Below, piece by piece: positions 50,366 to 63,364 of a stretch of 64,000 nucleotides of DNA. The translations under genes and the position numbers were made by a program. Position 1 is the first letter of the stretch. Every line of letters begins with the position of its first letter. The notes under the pieces are model-generated. The model ran no database searches. It was not told the origin of the DNA and saw only the letters and a list, made by a program, of their open reading frames with translations. This DNA is from Macrostomum lignano (taxonomy: Eukaryota): NCBI GenBank assembly GCA_002269645.1, contig NIVC01001979.1:1-64000 (forward strand). The letters run 5' to 3'.

Positions 50366-52996
50366 CCGTTCAAGGTTTGTCAGCCCCCACCATTGATCAA
50401 TCAATTTATCTCTGTTTTCCGCTTTGACCCGTTTCCTTACTAATCCGCCTACTAATTAGTAGGCGTGCTGACATTTTCCGCTTCAGACAAAAAATTTTTT
50501 GGCATTTTTCTCCATGAGTAATAATTCTATGGTTCATATTTGCCAGGCACCCCATTCTGTACAATATTCGCATAGAATGCTTGCAGTGTGATAAAACTCT
50601 AAGAAATCGATCACCCATTTCTTCAGTGTTGGTGTTTTTCATTCCTAATTTATAACGGTGCCACTTTCATTCTGTTAAGTTAATCGGATTATAAAAATTT
50701 TTTCTCATCCAGGTTGTAATTGCGGCCTTCTGTAGCAGTATTAAGTTGTCCATTGTATTGAAGAATAGCCTATTTATCCAATCCACTTCCGTGTGTGTCA
50801 AGGACCACTGGTAGTCCTTAATTCGTGTCCCAATAATTAAAAAGCGCATTAAACCGGAAGTTCATCATAAACTACGAGTACTCTTACATAATAAAGCTTA
50901 TAATCTTTTAACCTTCTTCTGGATGTATGAAAAAAACAAAATCTGCATGAATAAAAACCTTGAATGTGTCTCTTAAATTCATTTAGTCTTGCAGCATAAT
51001 GTAATATTTGTAAATGAGAAAGTCGCAAACTGCATTGATAATTCACAATGTGCAGCCACAGGACAAACAGCAATTTTACTCAATTGTTTTTTGTGTGTTT
51101 AAATTCTATTTAAAAGACGAACACAAAAAAGGAAAGAAGCCACAAATGATAAAGCATTTGAATTGTATAATAGTGTCCAATCACCAAAATGAGTTCTGAA
51201 AGGAGAAAGAGAGTTGCGGTTGGGCCACCAATGGTTTCAATGACAAAAACTAACGAAAAACCAAACCTGCCAATAAAATGAATTCACGCAATAATTATTA
51301 AGAGCGAAGAGCCGACATTGCTTCACTATTGAATAATTAAAGTAGAACATGTTCAAGTAGGGACACGGGACAAAATTGAAGTTGTTTGTGTCTTTGTGTC
51401 TTTGTTAATAACAACTTCTTTACGTCGTATTGATTTCAAATTTTAAGGCAAATCCAAACATTGACATTTGTTAATTTAAATTCGACGTACAACTAAAAGT
51501 CTGAAATTTTCGCGCCAATTTAAACACGAAAATATCCTTGAGCCCCAAAGCGATGGGCAGAGATGCGATCAAAGTGCAGGGTTTGGTAAAATAGGAAATG
51601 CTATTACAGCAGGAAGGTTCTGTAAAAACCAATACTACAAGATTACAAATTATGTAACTGCAGAGGTTAGTTGTAAAAAACACAGCAATCCAAACTTGGG
51701 CAGTTGTTTAAATAAAGTGTGCTTTTTATAGTCTTTTTATATAGCCGGCTATTTTCTGGATTTATACAAAAATTTAGCAGTATAACAAAAACGACATTGA
51801 AACGCGACGAATACAAAAATATTTCAAGCTAAAATATTATCAACCAGTGCTTTATCCGTTTGGAATCACCTGTAATTGTCTCTCTAATACTATAGCTGGG
51901 GACCACTGCTATTCTGCTGGTCCGCGACACAGCGCTTTGGTCTGTTTATTAGTGGAATAGAAAAATAGCAGAAAAAGCACGGAGGCAACACAAGAGGAAG
52001 AAATCATAATAAAACATCAATATGCAACCGCAAAAGGACAGGGAAGCTGAAGAACACACCAGTCTTCAATAACTGCGCGTGGTTTACTGCCAGAATAGTA
52101 ATGCAAACACCAACAACAGCAACTGGGCAACATCTTGGATTACGGCACAATGTATAACAAGGAATATAAAATGTTATAAGCTGATTATACTACTGTTAGT
52201 ATAAAATTGTGCGACAACTAGCCAGCAAATTATTGTCAGTCACAATCTGCTAAAAGGTTAAAACGAATGCAGCTAATTGGTTAAAACAATTGACTTTCGC
52301 TTGGCTAAAAGGTAACTGCTTACTGCATAGAATATGAATATCTGCAAATCAGAACCAAGGGGCTTCTATGGAAAACCCATGGAAAAACCGCCATTCCATG
52401 CCAGACAAACAGTTGGCTAAATGAGTAGTTGAGGAGGATTTTATTTAGTTACTAAAAGTTCTTCAAAAAGCAAAAATATTTCTGTTTAAAAAGGGCACAA
52501 TGCTTTTGACGGCTAAAAACAACGGGCTAAAAAACAGGAAAAATAGAAGAAAAGCGTGCGTTTCCGGCGGCCACTTGATTGACACAGCTTTGGGCACACA
52601 AGTGCTTCTTTGACAACGCCAAGCTGATTGTTGGAGCAAAAATTATGAAGAACTTGAAATTTAATTCTGGGAGATCATTAACCTTAGGGAGAATAGCTAC
52701 GAGTATCAAATGGAATTTCTATCAATGTTGCGGAGAATTCTTATCAAATCTCATAGAGAATTCTCATTGAATCTTACGGAGAGTTCTCATCAAAACTTAT
52801 GGACAATTCTCATCAAATCTTATGGATAAGTATTAAAAAACCTCCCATTGCTCTGATGAAATCTCATAAAGAGCTCTCATGAGGGATGCCACCAGATTTT
52901 GTAAAATAAATAACCCTTATAGAATATCAGGGAATCCCCATAGCAACTCTACCCAGTGTCCATCTGACATCACTAATCAGAAGTCTCCATCATTGC

Positions 52997-53521
52997 CTAC
53001 CACCGGTACGGCACAGCCCTCGGCCTGTCTGCGCCCTCCTTGACCAGCGGCTTGTGAAACTGGCGGCCCTGGCTGTCGTGAATGGCGGCCCAGCAGTGCT
53101 CGCAGTAGTACTGCAGGCAGGCAACGTTGGCGCAGAAGAACGGCGCGTACTTGCCGGCGCACATCGCCCCGCCGCACTCGTCGCACATTTGATCGTCCAG
53201 CACGTAGGGCTTGACTTCCACCCGCTTGTCAATGTCGCTGCCGTGGCGCAGCTGTACAAACCTGGCGCCGATGGCCGCGATGTAGCTCTGCTGGCTGCTG
53301 AACGCCACCCTGCCAGCGCCTTTGGGATACTTCAGCTCCGGGTCAGTGTCGATGCCGGCGTAGCAGACCCCGCCGTACAGCCGGTTCATGATCAGCGCCA
53401 GCTCGCAGGCCCGCAGCGGCCGGGGCACCCCGCCAACGAAAATTGTCTTGCGCAGATCCAGCGGCTGGCTTGAGTCCAGGACGAAATCCGAGTCGGCCAG
53501 GTTCCAGGGACGGATTTGCAC
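52997..53521 (-). CDS. CPEB2: CPEB2/3/4 (Orb2)-class protein, last exon: RRM2 + ZZ domain
   Basis: VQIRPWNLADSDFVLD..KTIFVGGVPRPLRA..YGGVCYAGIDTDPELKYPKGAGRVAF..CDEC..C..FC..C..YYCEHCW..H...HKPLVKEG; acceptor cgcag at 53522. Confidence 0.97.
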   Translation of the reverse strand: MQIRPWNLADSDFVLDSSQPLDLRKTIFVGGVPRPLRACELALIMNRLYGGVCYAGIDTDPELKYPKGAGRVAFSSQQSYIAAIGARFVQLRHGSDIDKRVEVKPYVLDDQMCDECGGAMCAGKYAPFFCANVACLQYYCEHCWAAIHDSQGRQFHKPLVKEGADRPRAVPYRW

Positions 53522-53574
53522 CTGCGGCAGGTGGCGATGAGAATATCATTTAGGATTGGGGAAGAGGCAGACAA

Positions 53575-54440
53575 TAAGAAGGTGGACACAAACTGCTGAC
53601 AGGAAGGAGTGGAAACAAACTGAGAAAGAAAGTAGGAGAAGGTGGACACAAACTGAGAAAGAAAGTAGGAGAAGGTGGACACAAACTGAGAAAGAAAAGA
53701 GGAGAAGGTGGACACAAACTGCAGACAGGAAAGCGAAAGTGGACACAAACTGCAGACAGTAAGGAGAAGGTGGACACAAACTGAGAAAGAAAGTAGGAGA
53801 GGGTGGACACAAACTGAGAAAGAAACGAGGAGAAGGTGGACACAAACTGCAGACAGGAAAGCGAAAGTGGACACAAACTGCAAGACAGTAAGGAGAAGGT
53901 GGACACAAACTGAGAAAGAAAAGAGGAGAAGGTGGACACAAACTGCGGACAGGAAAGAGGTGGTGGACACAAACTGCGGACAGGAAGTGGAGGTGGACAC
54001 AAACTGCGGACAGGAAAGAGGAGGTGGACACAAACTGCGGACAGGAAAGAGGAGGTGGACACAAACTGCGGACAGGAAAGAGGAGGTGGACACAAACTAC
54101 GGACAGGAAAGAGGAGGTGGACACAAACTGCGGACAGGAAAGAGGAGGTGGACACAAACTGCGGACGGGAAAGAGGAGGTGGACACAAACTACGGACAGG
54201 AAAGAGGAGGTGGACACAAACTGCGGACAGGAAAGAGTAGGTGGACACAAACTGCGGACAGGAAAGAGTAGGTGGACACAAACTGCGGACAGGAAAGAGG
54301 AGGTGGACACAAACTGCGGACAGGAAAGTGGAGGTGGACACAAACTGCGGATAGGAAAGTGGAGGTGGACACAAACTGTGGACAGGAAAGAGTAGGTGGA
54401 CACAAACTGCGGACAGGAAAGTGGAGGTGGACACAAACTT
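53575..54440. repeat. Minisatellite, ~31-bp unit GTGGACACAAACTGCGGACAGGAAAGAGGAG, in CPEB intron
   Basis: Tandem copies with two sub-variants. Confidence 0.95.
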
Positions 54441-54804
54441 CAGATAGGAAGAAAACTCTTTACACACTACTCACAGCTCTGCAAGTAGCAAAACCAGCAC
54501 ACTAAATTTTGTCAAGCGGTGCGTGAAAGAGACATTCACGTGAAAGTATGAATGCACCGCAACATTTAGTTTAGCATGTTTCTGACTTATAGAACTCGCG
54601 GCCTAGGGAGAGGGGGCTTATCAATATCTATCGGATTTCTGCCCCCCCCCCCCCGGGCTGGCTTATCTCTCCCTGGCTGGGCCTGCACTGACTGATATGC
54701 AAACTGGCTGAGTGCGGCTCCCTCTGGCACGCTGCAGATTTTAAACTGTTCGGAAGGGCAGCACCGGAACTCTGCACTTGCTTTGCTAACTGCTGCACAT
54801 TGTA

Positions 54805-55912
54805 CAGGCTGGGTGAGACAGGCTGAATGAGACAGGCTAAATGAAACAGGCTAAATGAGACAGACAGACTGGGTGAGACAGGCTAAATGAGACAGACAGG
54901 CTGGGTGAGACAGGCTAAATGAGACAGGCTAAATGAGACAGACAGGCTGGGTGAGACAGGCTAAATGAGACAGGCTAAATGAGACAGACAGGCTGGGTGA
55001 GACAGGCTAAATGAGACAGACAGGCTGGGTGAGACAGGCTAAATGAGACAGGCTAAATGAGACAGACAGGCTGGGTGAGACAGACAGGCTGGGTGAGACA
55101 GACAGGCTGAGTGAGACAGACAGGCTAAATGAGACAGACAGGCTGGGTGAGACAGGCTGAATGAGACAGATAGGCTGGGTGAGACAGGCTAAATGAGACA
55201 GACAGGCTGGGTGAGACAGACAGGCTGGGTGAGACAGACAGGTTAGGTGAGACAGACAGGCTGGGTGAGACAGACAGGTTAGGTGAGACAGACAGGCTGG
55301 GTGAGACAGACAGGCTGGGTGAGACAGACAGGTTGGGTGAGACAGACTAAATGAGACAGACAGGCTGGGTGAGACAGACAGGTTAGGTGAGACAGACAGG
55401 CTGGGTGAGACAGACAGGTTAGGTGAGACAGACAGGCTGGGTGAGACAGACAGGCTGGGTGAGACAGACAGGTTGGGTGAGACAGGCTAAATGAGACAGA
55501 CAGGCTGGGTGAGACAGACAGGCTGGGTGAGACAGACAGGTTGGGTGAGACAGACAGGCTGGGTGAGACAGACAGGTTGGGTGAGACAGACAGGCTGGGT
55601 GAGACAGACAGGCTGGGTGAGACAGACAGGCTGGGTGAGACAGACAGGTTGGGTGAGACAGACAGGCTGGGTGAGACAGACAGGCTGGGTGAGACAGACA
55701 GGCTGGGTGAGACAGACAGGCTGGGTGAGACAGACAGGTTGGGTGAGACAGACAGGCTGGGTGAGACAGACAGGCTGGGTGAGACAGACAGGCTGGGTGA
55801 GACAGACAGGTTGGGTGAGACAGACAGGCTGGGTGAGACAGACAGGTTGGGTGAGACAGACAGGCTGGGTGAGACAGACAGGTTGGGTGAGACAGACAGG
55901 CTGGGTGAGACA
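54805..55912. repeat. Minisatellite, 18-bp unit GAGACAGACAGGCTGGGT (14-bp variants at the 5' end)
   Basis: About 60 copies. Confidence 0.97.
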
Positions 55913-56389
55913 TGCACACAGAGCAGCAACCGGTCTCAGCACGCGAGTCGGCACTCGGGGTGGAGAACTCGAACTGGAGCTGTACACCCATGAGCAACCC
56001 CCGCCCGGAACTCCGCAGCCAATATCGATTGGAAGTGCCTGCACTTCTCTCGGCCCTATTCCTGCCTCGCGGCGCTCCCGGCGCTCTCAAATGAGTTGAT
56101 TAAAAGCCAGTCCAAGTGCCACGCCAGCAAGGGCTGCTTAGGGCCTTCCGAAGGACGAGTGCACTTTCAATTCTAAACTGTCTGGCCAAGAGTGCCAGCA
56201 GTTATTGCATATGCATTGCCTCTGTTTTGTATGCCACCTGGCGTCCATATTTGGTCTCCATTCAGTTTTTTAGGCATTGGAATTAGAGTTCTGAGCAAAT
56301 AACATATGGCTTCTGGTATTTTAAAAGTACTGTATATTATAGGCCTATGCACGATCACACTGTGCGTTATTATTTTAGCACGTGTCATT

Positions 56390-57318
56390 TTTACATTCAG
56401 ATGTGTCAATTTACATTCAGATGTATAAACTTACATTCAGGTGTGTCAATTTACATTCAGATGTGTCAATTTACATTCAGGTGTGTCAGTATTAGCTTCA
56501 GGCGTGCGTCAGTACTAGCTTCAGATGTGTGTCAGTACTAGCGTCTGATGTGTGTCAGTATTAGCTTCTGATGTGTGTCAGTATTAGCTTCAGATGTGTG
56601 TCAATATTAGCTTTAGATGTGTGTCAGTATTAGCTTCAGATGTGTGTCAATATTAGCTTCCGATGTGTGTCAGTATTAGCTTCAGATGTGTGTCAGTATT
56701 AGCTTCTGATGTGTGTCAGTATTAGCTTCAGATGTGTGTCAATATTAGCTTTAGATGTGTGTCAGTATTAGCTTCAGATGTGTGTCAGTATTAGCTTCAG
56801 ATGTGTGTCAGCACTTGCTTCAGATGTGTGTCAGCACTTGCTTCAGATGTGTGTCAGCACTAGCTTCAGATGTGTGTCAGTATTAGCTTCTGATGTGTGT
56901 CAGTATTAGCTTCAGATGTGTGTCAATATTAGCTTTAGATGTGTGTCAGTATTAGCTTCAGATGTGTGTCAGTATTAGCTTCTGATGTGTGTCAGTGTTA
57001 GCTTCAGATGTGTGTCAATATTAGCTTTAGATGTGTGTCAGTATTAGCTTCAGATGTGTGTCAGTATTAGCTTCAGATGTGTGTCAGTATTAGCTTCAGA
57101 TGTGTGTCAGCACTTGCTTCAGATGTGTGTCAGCACTTGCTTCAGATGTGTGTCAGCACTAGCTTCAGATGTGTGTCAGTATTAGCTTCTGATGTGTGTC
57201 AGTATTAGCTTCAGATGTGTGTCAATATTAGCTTTAGATGTGTGTCAGCACAGCACTTGCTTCAGATGTGTGTCAGCACTTGCTTCAGATGTGTGTCAGC
57301 ACTTGCTTCAGATGTGTG
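56390..57318. repeat. Minisatellite, 23-bp unit ATGTGTGTCAGTATTAGCTTCAG with ~299-bp higher-order repeat
   Basis: The variant CACTTGCTT recurs at ~56812 and ~57111. Confidence 0.96.
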
Positions 57319-58274
57319 ACTCCTTTTTTTATTGAAAATTGCCATAACTGGCTGTTTTCCGACATCCTCAAGTCAGTCTAAAAGCAGAAAACCAACCAAC
57401 TGTTAAAAAATACGGGGCAAGAAATTCTGAATTGCCCGGGCGAAAGAAGAATCTGTCCTAAATTTTCTTTTGCGCTTCTTAATTTTAGCTTTTATCCCTG
57501 ATTTTCCTCAAAGCCAATGGATAATTAGTGTAGGAGGCAAAATAGCGGCCCCAACAACACATCACCTCCTAAACTGTGACGCACAGACAGGTAAAGAGGG
57601 TTCCTAATTGGGAGTCTAGAAAACATTGTTGGCAGAAAATGTTCAATTTTCCCCGTACTAAATGAAGATTTGCCAGTGCAGTTAAACTGGGGCTGTTTTC
57701 TTATTTCCATTGAGACAGGCAGAAATTGGAGCAATTGGAGAAACAGGCAGTCAAGCGCAGGCTAAGGCTAGGTCTCTCTACTCTGTGCTTAGCCCATAGC
57801 TGCAGCTGGCTCCCAAGCAAGATCCCGCTGTCCCTTACAGCCCGCCCGCCCACGCACATTCAGAAAGTGGAGCGAGTTGGCGTGTCTGTGCTTGTGACGT
57901 GCGGATTCTCAGCAGCTGTACTCAGTTTTGAGCAGCGGGAGAGGGGGGGAGGAGTGGGGGGAGAGTGAATGCCCGGGGGGCTGGCTGAGGCGCTGAGGAA
58001 GAACTCGTGCTGGTCGAATACGGGATCCCGATAGCGGAAGAGAGGGGGGGCGTGGGAAACCGTGCTGGCGGGGGGGATAGCCGCCCTACTAAAAAAGGAA
58101 CCCTACCTACCATATATAGGCAAATTGGGAGAAGCGGATTGAAAAAATGGGCGATTTAATTATTTTTAGTTTTTTGAGCTCAGTTGCGAATATCGACTGA
58201 GTTTATTGATAAATTGATAAGTTTTTTTAGACCGTTTTTGATGTAAGTCTTGAGAATTTCAACAGCCATTGCCT

Positions 58275-59030
58275 ACGGAAAAGCATAAAGACCACCTGAG
58301 ATTTGGCATCTCAGCATTCTGTCTCACCTGAGACTTGGCATCTCCAGCATTCTGTCTCACCTGAGACTTGACATCTCAGCATTCTGTCTCACCTGACACT
58401 TGGCATCTCAGCATTCTGTCTCACCTGAGACTTGGCATCTCCAGCATTCTGTCTCACCTGAGACTTGGCATCTCCAGCATTCTGTCTCACCTGAGATTTG
58501 GCATCTCAGCATTCTGTCTCACCTGAGACTTGGCATCTCAGCATTCTGTCTCACCTGAGACTTGGCATCTCCAGCATTCTGTCTCACCTGAGACTTGGCA
58601 TCTCCAGCATTCTGTCTCACCTGAGATTTGGCATCTCAGCATTCTGTCTCACCTGAGACTTGGCATCTCCAGCATTCTGTCTCACCTGAGACATGGAATC
58701 TCCAGCATTCTGTCTCACCTGAGACTTGGCATCTCAGCATTCTGTCTCACCTGAGACTTGGCATCTCAGCATTCTGTCTCACCTGAGACTTGGCATCTCC
58801 AGCATTCTGTCTCACCTGAGACTTGGCATCTCAGCATTCTGTCTCACCTGAGACTTGGCATCTCAGCATTCTGTCTCACCTGAGATTTGGCATCTCAGCA
58901 TTCTGTCTCACCTGAGATTTGGCATCTCCAGCATTCTATCTCACCTGAGATTTGGCATCTCCAGCATTCTGTCTCACCTGAGATTTGGCATCTCAGCATT
59001 CTGTCTCACCTGAGACTTGGCATCTCCAGC
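58275..59030. repeat. Minisatellite, 32-33-bp unit CTCACCTGAGACTTGGCATCTC(C)AGCATTCTGT
   Basis: About 23 copies. Confidence 0.96.
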
Positions 59031-59120
59031 AAAAATATTCATTAAGAGATTCCCGTGTAGGCGCCTTCTAAAAGCTTGTACTTTAAACACGCCTTGAGTA
59101 TGGCAGCTGGAAGTGCTCAC

Positions 59121-59239
59121 CGGCTTGTCTTTCATAGTTGGTGACGAGACGCACCAATAGAATTTGCCTTCATCCGCGATGCAGGCCTCCATGAGGCTCT
59201 GGACGCTGGATTCCTCTTGGAATAGGATGAAGCAGTAGC
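59121..59239 (-). CDS. CPEB2: CPEB exon (RRM1 C-terminal half: GYCFILFQEESSVQSLMEACIADEGKFYWCVSSPTMKDKP)
   Basis: Acceptor cccgcag at 59240, donor CCG|GTGAG at 59120; phases are consistent with neighbouring exons. Confidence 0.93.
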
Positions 59240-59399
59240 CTGCGGGCACAGGTGGGGGGCGATGCAACTGTAGTAGAACTTGTGCTCTGGAGGGGACTGA
59301 AGTCTTAACTGCCGTCCTAACCGTTAAATTGGGGGTTAATATTGTTAGAAAGAGGGCGAAGGCTGTTAGACATCAGACTAGGCTGGCAACCCTTTAAGC

Positions 59400-60005
59400 A
59401 GCAAGCAACACCTGTTAGACAGCAGGTTACACCTGTTAGACAGGAGGCTACACCTGTTAGACAGGAGGCTACACCTGTTAGACAGAAGGCTACACCTGTT
59501 AGACAGCAGGCTACACCTGTTAGACAGGAGGCTACACCTGTTAGACAGGAGGCTACACCTGTTAGACAGAAGGCTACACCTGTTAGACAGAAGGCTACAC
59601 CTGTTAGACAGCAGGCTACACCTGTTAGACAGGAGGCTACACCTGTTAGACAGGAGGCTACACCTGTTAGACAGAAGGCTACACCTGTTAGACAGAAGGC
59701 TACACCTGTTAAACAGTAGGCTGCACCTGTTAGACAGAAGGCTACACCTGTTAGACAGAAGGCTACACCTGTTAGACAGAAGGCTACACCTGTTAAACAG
59801 TAGGCTGCACCTGTTAGACAGGAGGCTACACCTGTTAGACAGAAGGCTACACCTGTTAGACAGAAGGCTACACCTGTGAGACAGAAGGCTACACCTGTTA
59901 GACAGCAGGCTACACCTGTTAGACAGCAGGCTACATCTGTTAGACAGAAGGCTGCACCTGTTAGACAGAAGGCTACACCTGTCAGACAGCAGGCTACACC
60001 TGTTA
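59400..60005. repeat. Minisatellite, 21-bp unit CACCTGTTAGACAG(G/A/C)AGGCTA
   Basis: About 29 copies. Confidence 0.96.
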
Positions 60006-60514
60006 CACAATAAGATATGCATAAACATGCACTCAGGTCAAATTCTATTAACTATCTCGACCCCGCACAAAAGCCAGCTGTCCCCGGAGCACGCGGACCG
60101 TGGGGGGGGGCCTTTCTCAGCCACTGAGTCAGAAATCCAGGGGCCCAGCTAAGAGGCGCCTGCAGTTGCAGGTTTAACACAAAAAGTGTCCACCGCTTGT
60201 TCTCCTGTAATCTAATCTATTAGTTCCAGAATTGAGTCGCATGTCAGCTCAGAGAAATGAAACAGAGTCAGGCAAGAATTTGGACACACTTGCAAACACT
60301 TGACTAGCCCGCCAAGACCTCATTAGCATTAGCATAATTATATATGCGAGTCAACGAAGCGGAAAGTAACAAAAAAGACAATTGAAAATAATTACAGAAA
60401 CAGAAGCTCAAATCAAAACTGTCTATCATTATAACAAAACTGCACGAATGACTGTACTTTAAAGTTCAGCTGGAAAAGTTAAAGAAATTTTCACGCTTCG
60501 TGCAATTTAACATT

Positions 60515-61170
60515 GGTGAATATTAGGGTTGGTGAATGTTAGGGTTGGTGAATGTTAGGGTTGGTGAATGCTAGGGTTGGTGAATGTTAGGGTTGGTTAA
60601 TGTTAGGGTTGGTGAATGTTAGGGTTGGTGAATGCTAGGGTTGGTGAATGTTAGGGTTGGTGAATGTTAGGGTTGGTGAATGCTAGGGTTGGTGAATGTT
60701 AGGGTTGGTGAATGTTAGGGTTGGTGAATGTTAGGGTTGGTGAATGTTAGGGCTGGTGAATGCTAGGGTTGGTGAATGCTAGGGTTGGTGAAAGTTAGGG
60801 TTGGTGAATGCTAGGGTTGGTGAATGCTAGGGCTGGTGAATGCTAGGGCTGGTGAATGCTAGGGCTGGTGAATGCTAGGGCTGGTGAATGCTAGGGCTGG
60901 TGAATGCTAGGGCTGGCGAATGCTAGGGCTGGTGAATGCTAGGGCTGGTGAATGCTAGGGCTGGTGAATGCTAGGGCTGGTGAATGCTAGGGCTGGTGAA
61001 TGCTAGGGCTGGTGAATGCTAGGGCTGGTGAATGCTAGGGCTGGTGAATGCTAGGGCTGGTGAATGCTAGGGCTGGTGAATGCTAGGGCTGGTGAATGCT
61101 AGGGCTGGTGAATGCTAGGGCTGGTGAATGCTAGGGCTGGTGAATGCTAGGGCTGGTGAATGCTAGGGTT
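60515..61170. repeat. Minisatellite, 16-bp unit GGTGAATGTTAGGGTT changing to GGTGAATGCTAGGGCT
   Basis: About 40 copies with polar unit change. Confidence 0.97.
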
Positions 61171-61199
61171 GAATGAAAGCATGCCAAGCATTCGCTCAC

Positions 61200-61289
61200 C
61201 CTTGGGCGGGAAGTAGGTCCTGCTCTCATTTTTGTGCGGCCAGTCGATTACCAGGACGCCAAATCGTCTGAAGGCATTGGTGATTTCGT
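61200..61289 (-). CDS. CPEB2: CPEB exon (RRM1: DEITNAFRRFGVLVIDWPHKNESRTYFPPKG)
   Basis: Acceptor ttcgcag at 61290, donor G|GTGAG at 61199; 90 nt, phase 1 to phase 1. Confidence 0.93.
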
Positions 61290-62824
61290 CTGCGAATTCA
61301 AAAGGTTGAGGCGAGGTTGGCGAATATCGATTTTTTGTCGTTAAAATCAAGTAAAATGAATAAAGTTCGGTTTTACCTTGTCAAAGCTTATCTGATACTT
61401 TAAGGCTTAGCTGTAATATGATTCCATTCCAAAAATTAAATAATTAAATGTCACAATACTCCTCAAGCTTCAAAATCCCGGATTTCTCTGACAGGGTCAA
61501 TATGACATTCCCTCCCAAACCCTCCTACGCACTTGTAGCTATATTTAGCATCGTTTGGATTCCCCGGCCTCTCTCGTCCCCTGATTTCCAAATCGAGCGC
61601 GCGTCGGTGACCTTGAGGCGACCTTGCCCTCCGATGCTTGATTTAATATATCGCGTTAATATCCTTCAAAATGGCCTTCTAGCGACCTACACAGTTCCTT
61701 AAAAAGCAGTGCGAGCTAGCGAGAGCACACACACGGAGAAGAAAGGAAAAGAGACCGGGTAAAAAACTGAGATGAAGCAGCCACGTGCCAAGGCTGAGCA
61801 TCATTTCCGAGCCCCTATTGAAGCTATACAAATACATGCTCTGCACAATCGGCGTGGAACTGGGCCACCCTGTCTTCTTGCAGTCCCGCTGTCAAGAGCT
61901 ACAGCCTGTCTGTCCTAGTTAAGTTTATCAACACTAATCTGGGTAGGAAAAGCCCCATATGCAGTGCCACATTGATACAATATTAACTGTAGTTATTAAC
62001 TATAGTTCTAACCGCGATAGCAACAGCGAATCCAGGGACTGTAATCCAGTGCCTCATCAAATAATCTTACGAGCTAAATTTCACAACACCCTGCACTGCT
62101 AGCGTCCAATTCAACTGACTCTTAGACTCCACAGTTCCAAAATCTCACAACACCCTTAAACGCTGAACCAAGCAAACCTTAGAATATTACTAGTGGAACA
62201 GGCAAAATAGCGTTTTTAATTAATTGAAGGAAGATCGGGAGGGGATATTTGCTTGGCAAAGCAGAACAATCCAGGAGTGGTAAACTAGAATGAAATCTCC
62301 CAATGTTCCTCTTGGGGTGTGTGACCGGGAGAAGCGAGAGGGCAGACCCAGCTGCTCGGAGCCAACAATGCAGTGCAGGATTTGCGTAGTGTACGATATT
62401 GTTAATATTTGAACAGAATGGCTCCTCAGAACACTGGACTCGGAAACAAGTCCCTATAAGGGGGGTCAACTCTGGGAGAATTGCTTGAGTTGCTTTTTGG
62501 GGGATTGGTTTGCCGTGACTCAGCAGCAGGAGCATTAGCGGGAGCAATTGTCCCCTAGTAGCAGGAGAGAGGGGAGCACTGCGGGGTGTTGCGGTTCGTT
62601 AGAGTTCGCTCGCGTTACAGCAATATGTGGAGCATAACGAATTGCATTGCATTGTATTGGACTAGCGTAGACTGGGTTGAAAACAGGAATTTCTTCAACT
62701 ATAGTTTTTTTAGCTCGAGGTGTAGACTTGTAAACTAAAAAAAATAGGTGAACCAGATGAGGTCCATAGGTTATCAGGAATCACTATCTTTGATAATTTT
62801 AAAGCATCCGGTTGACATTTTTCT

Positions 62825-63349
<525 letters not shown>

Positions 63350-63364
63350 TCATGCGACACTCAC

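Noticed and set aside
51900-52990. CPE-like UUUUAU motifs in the putative CPEB 3' UTR (autoregulation)
   Set aside because: The region is AT-rich, so a few such hexamers are expected by chance, and the UTR end is unknown.
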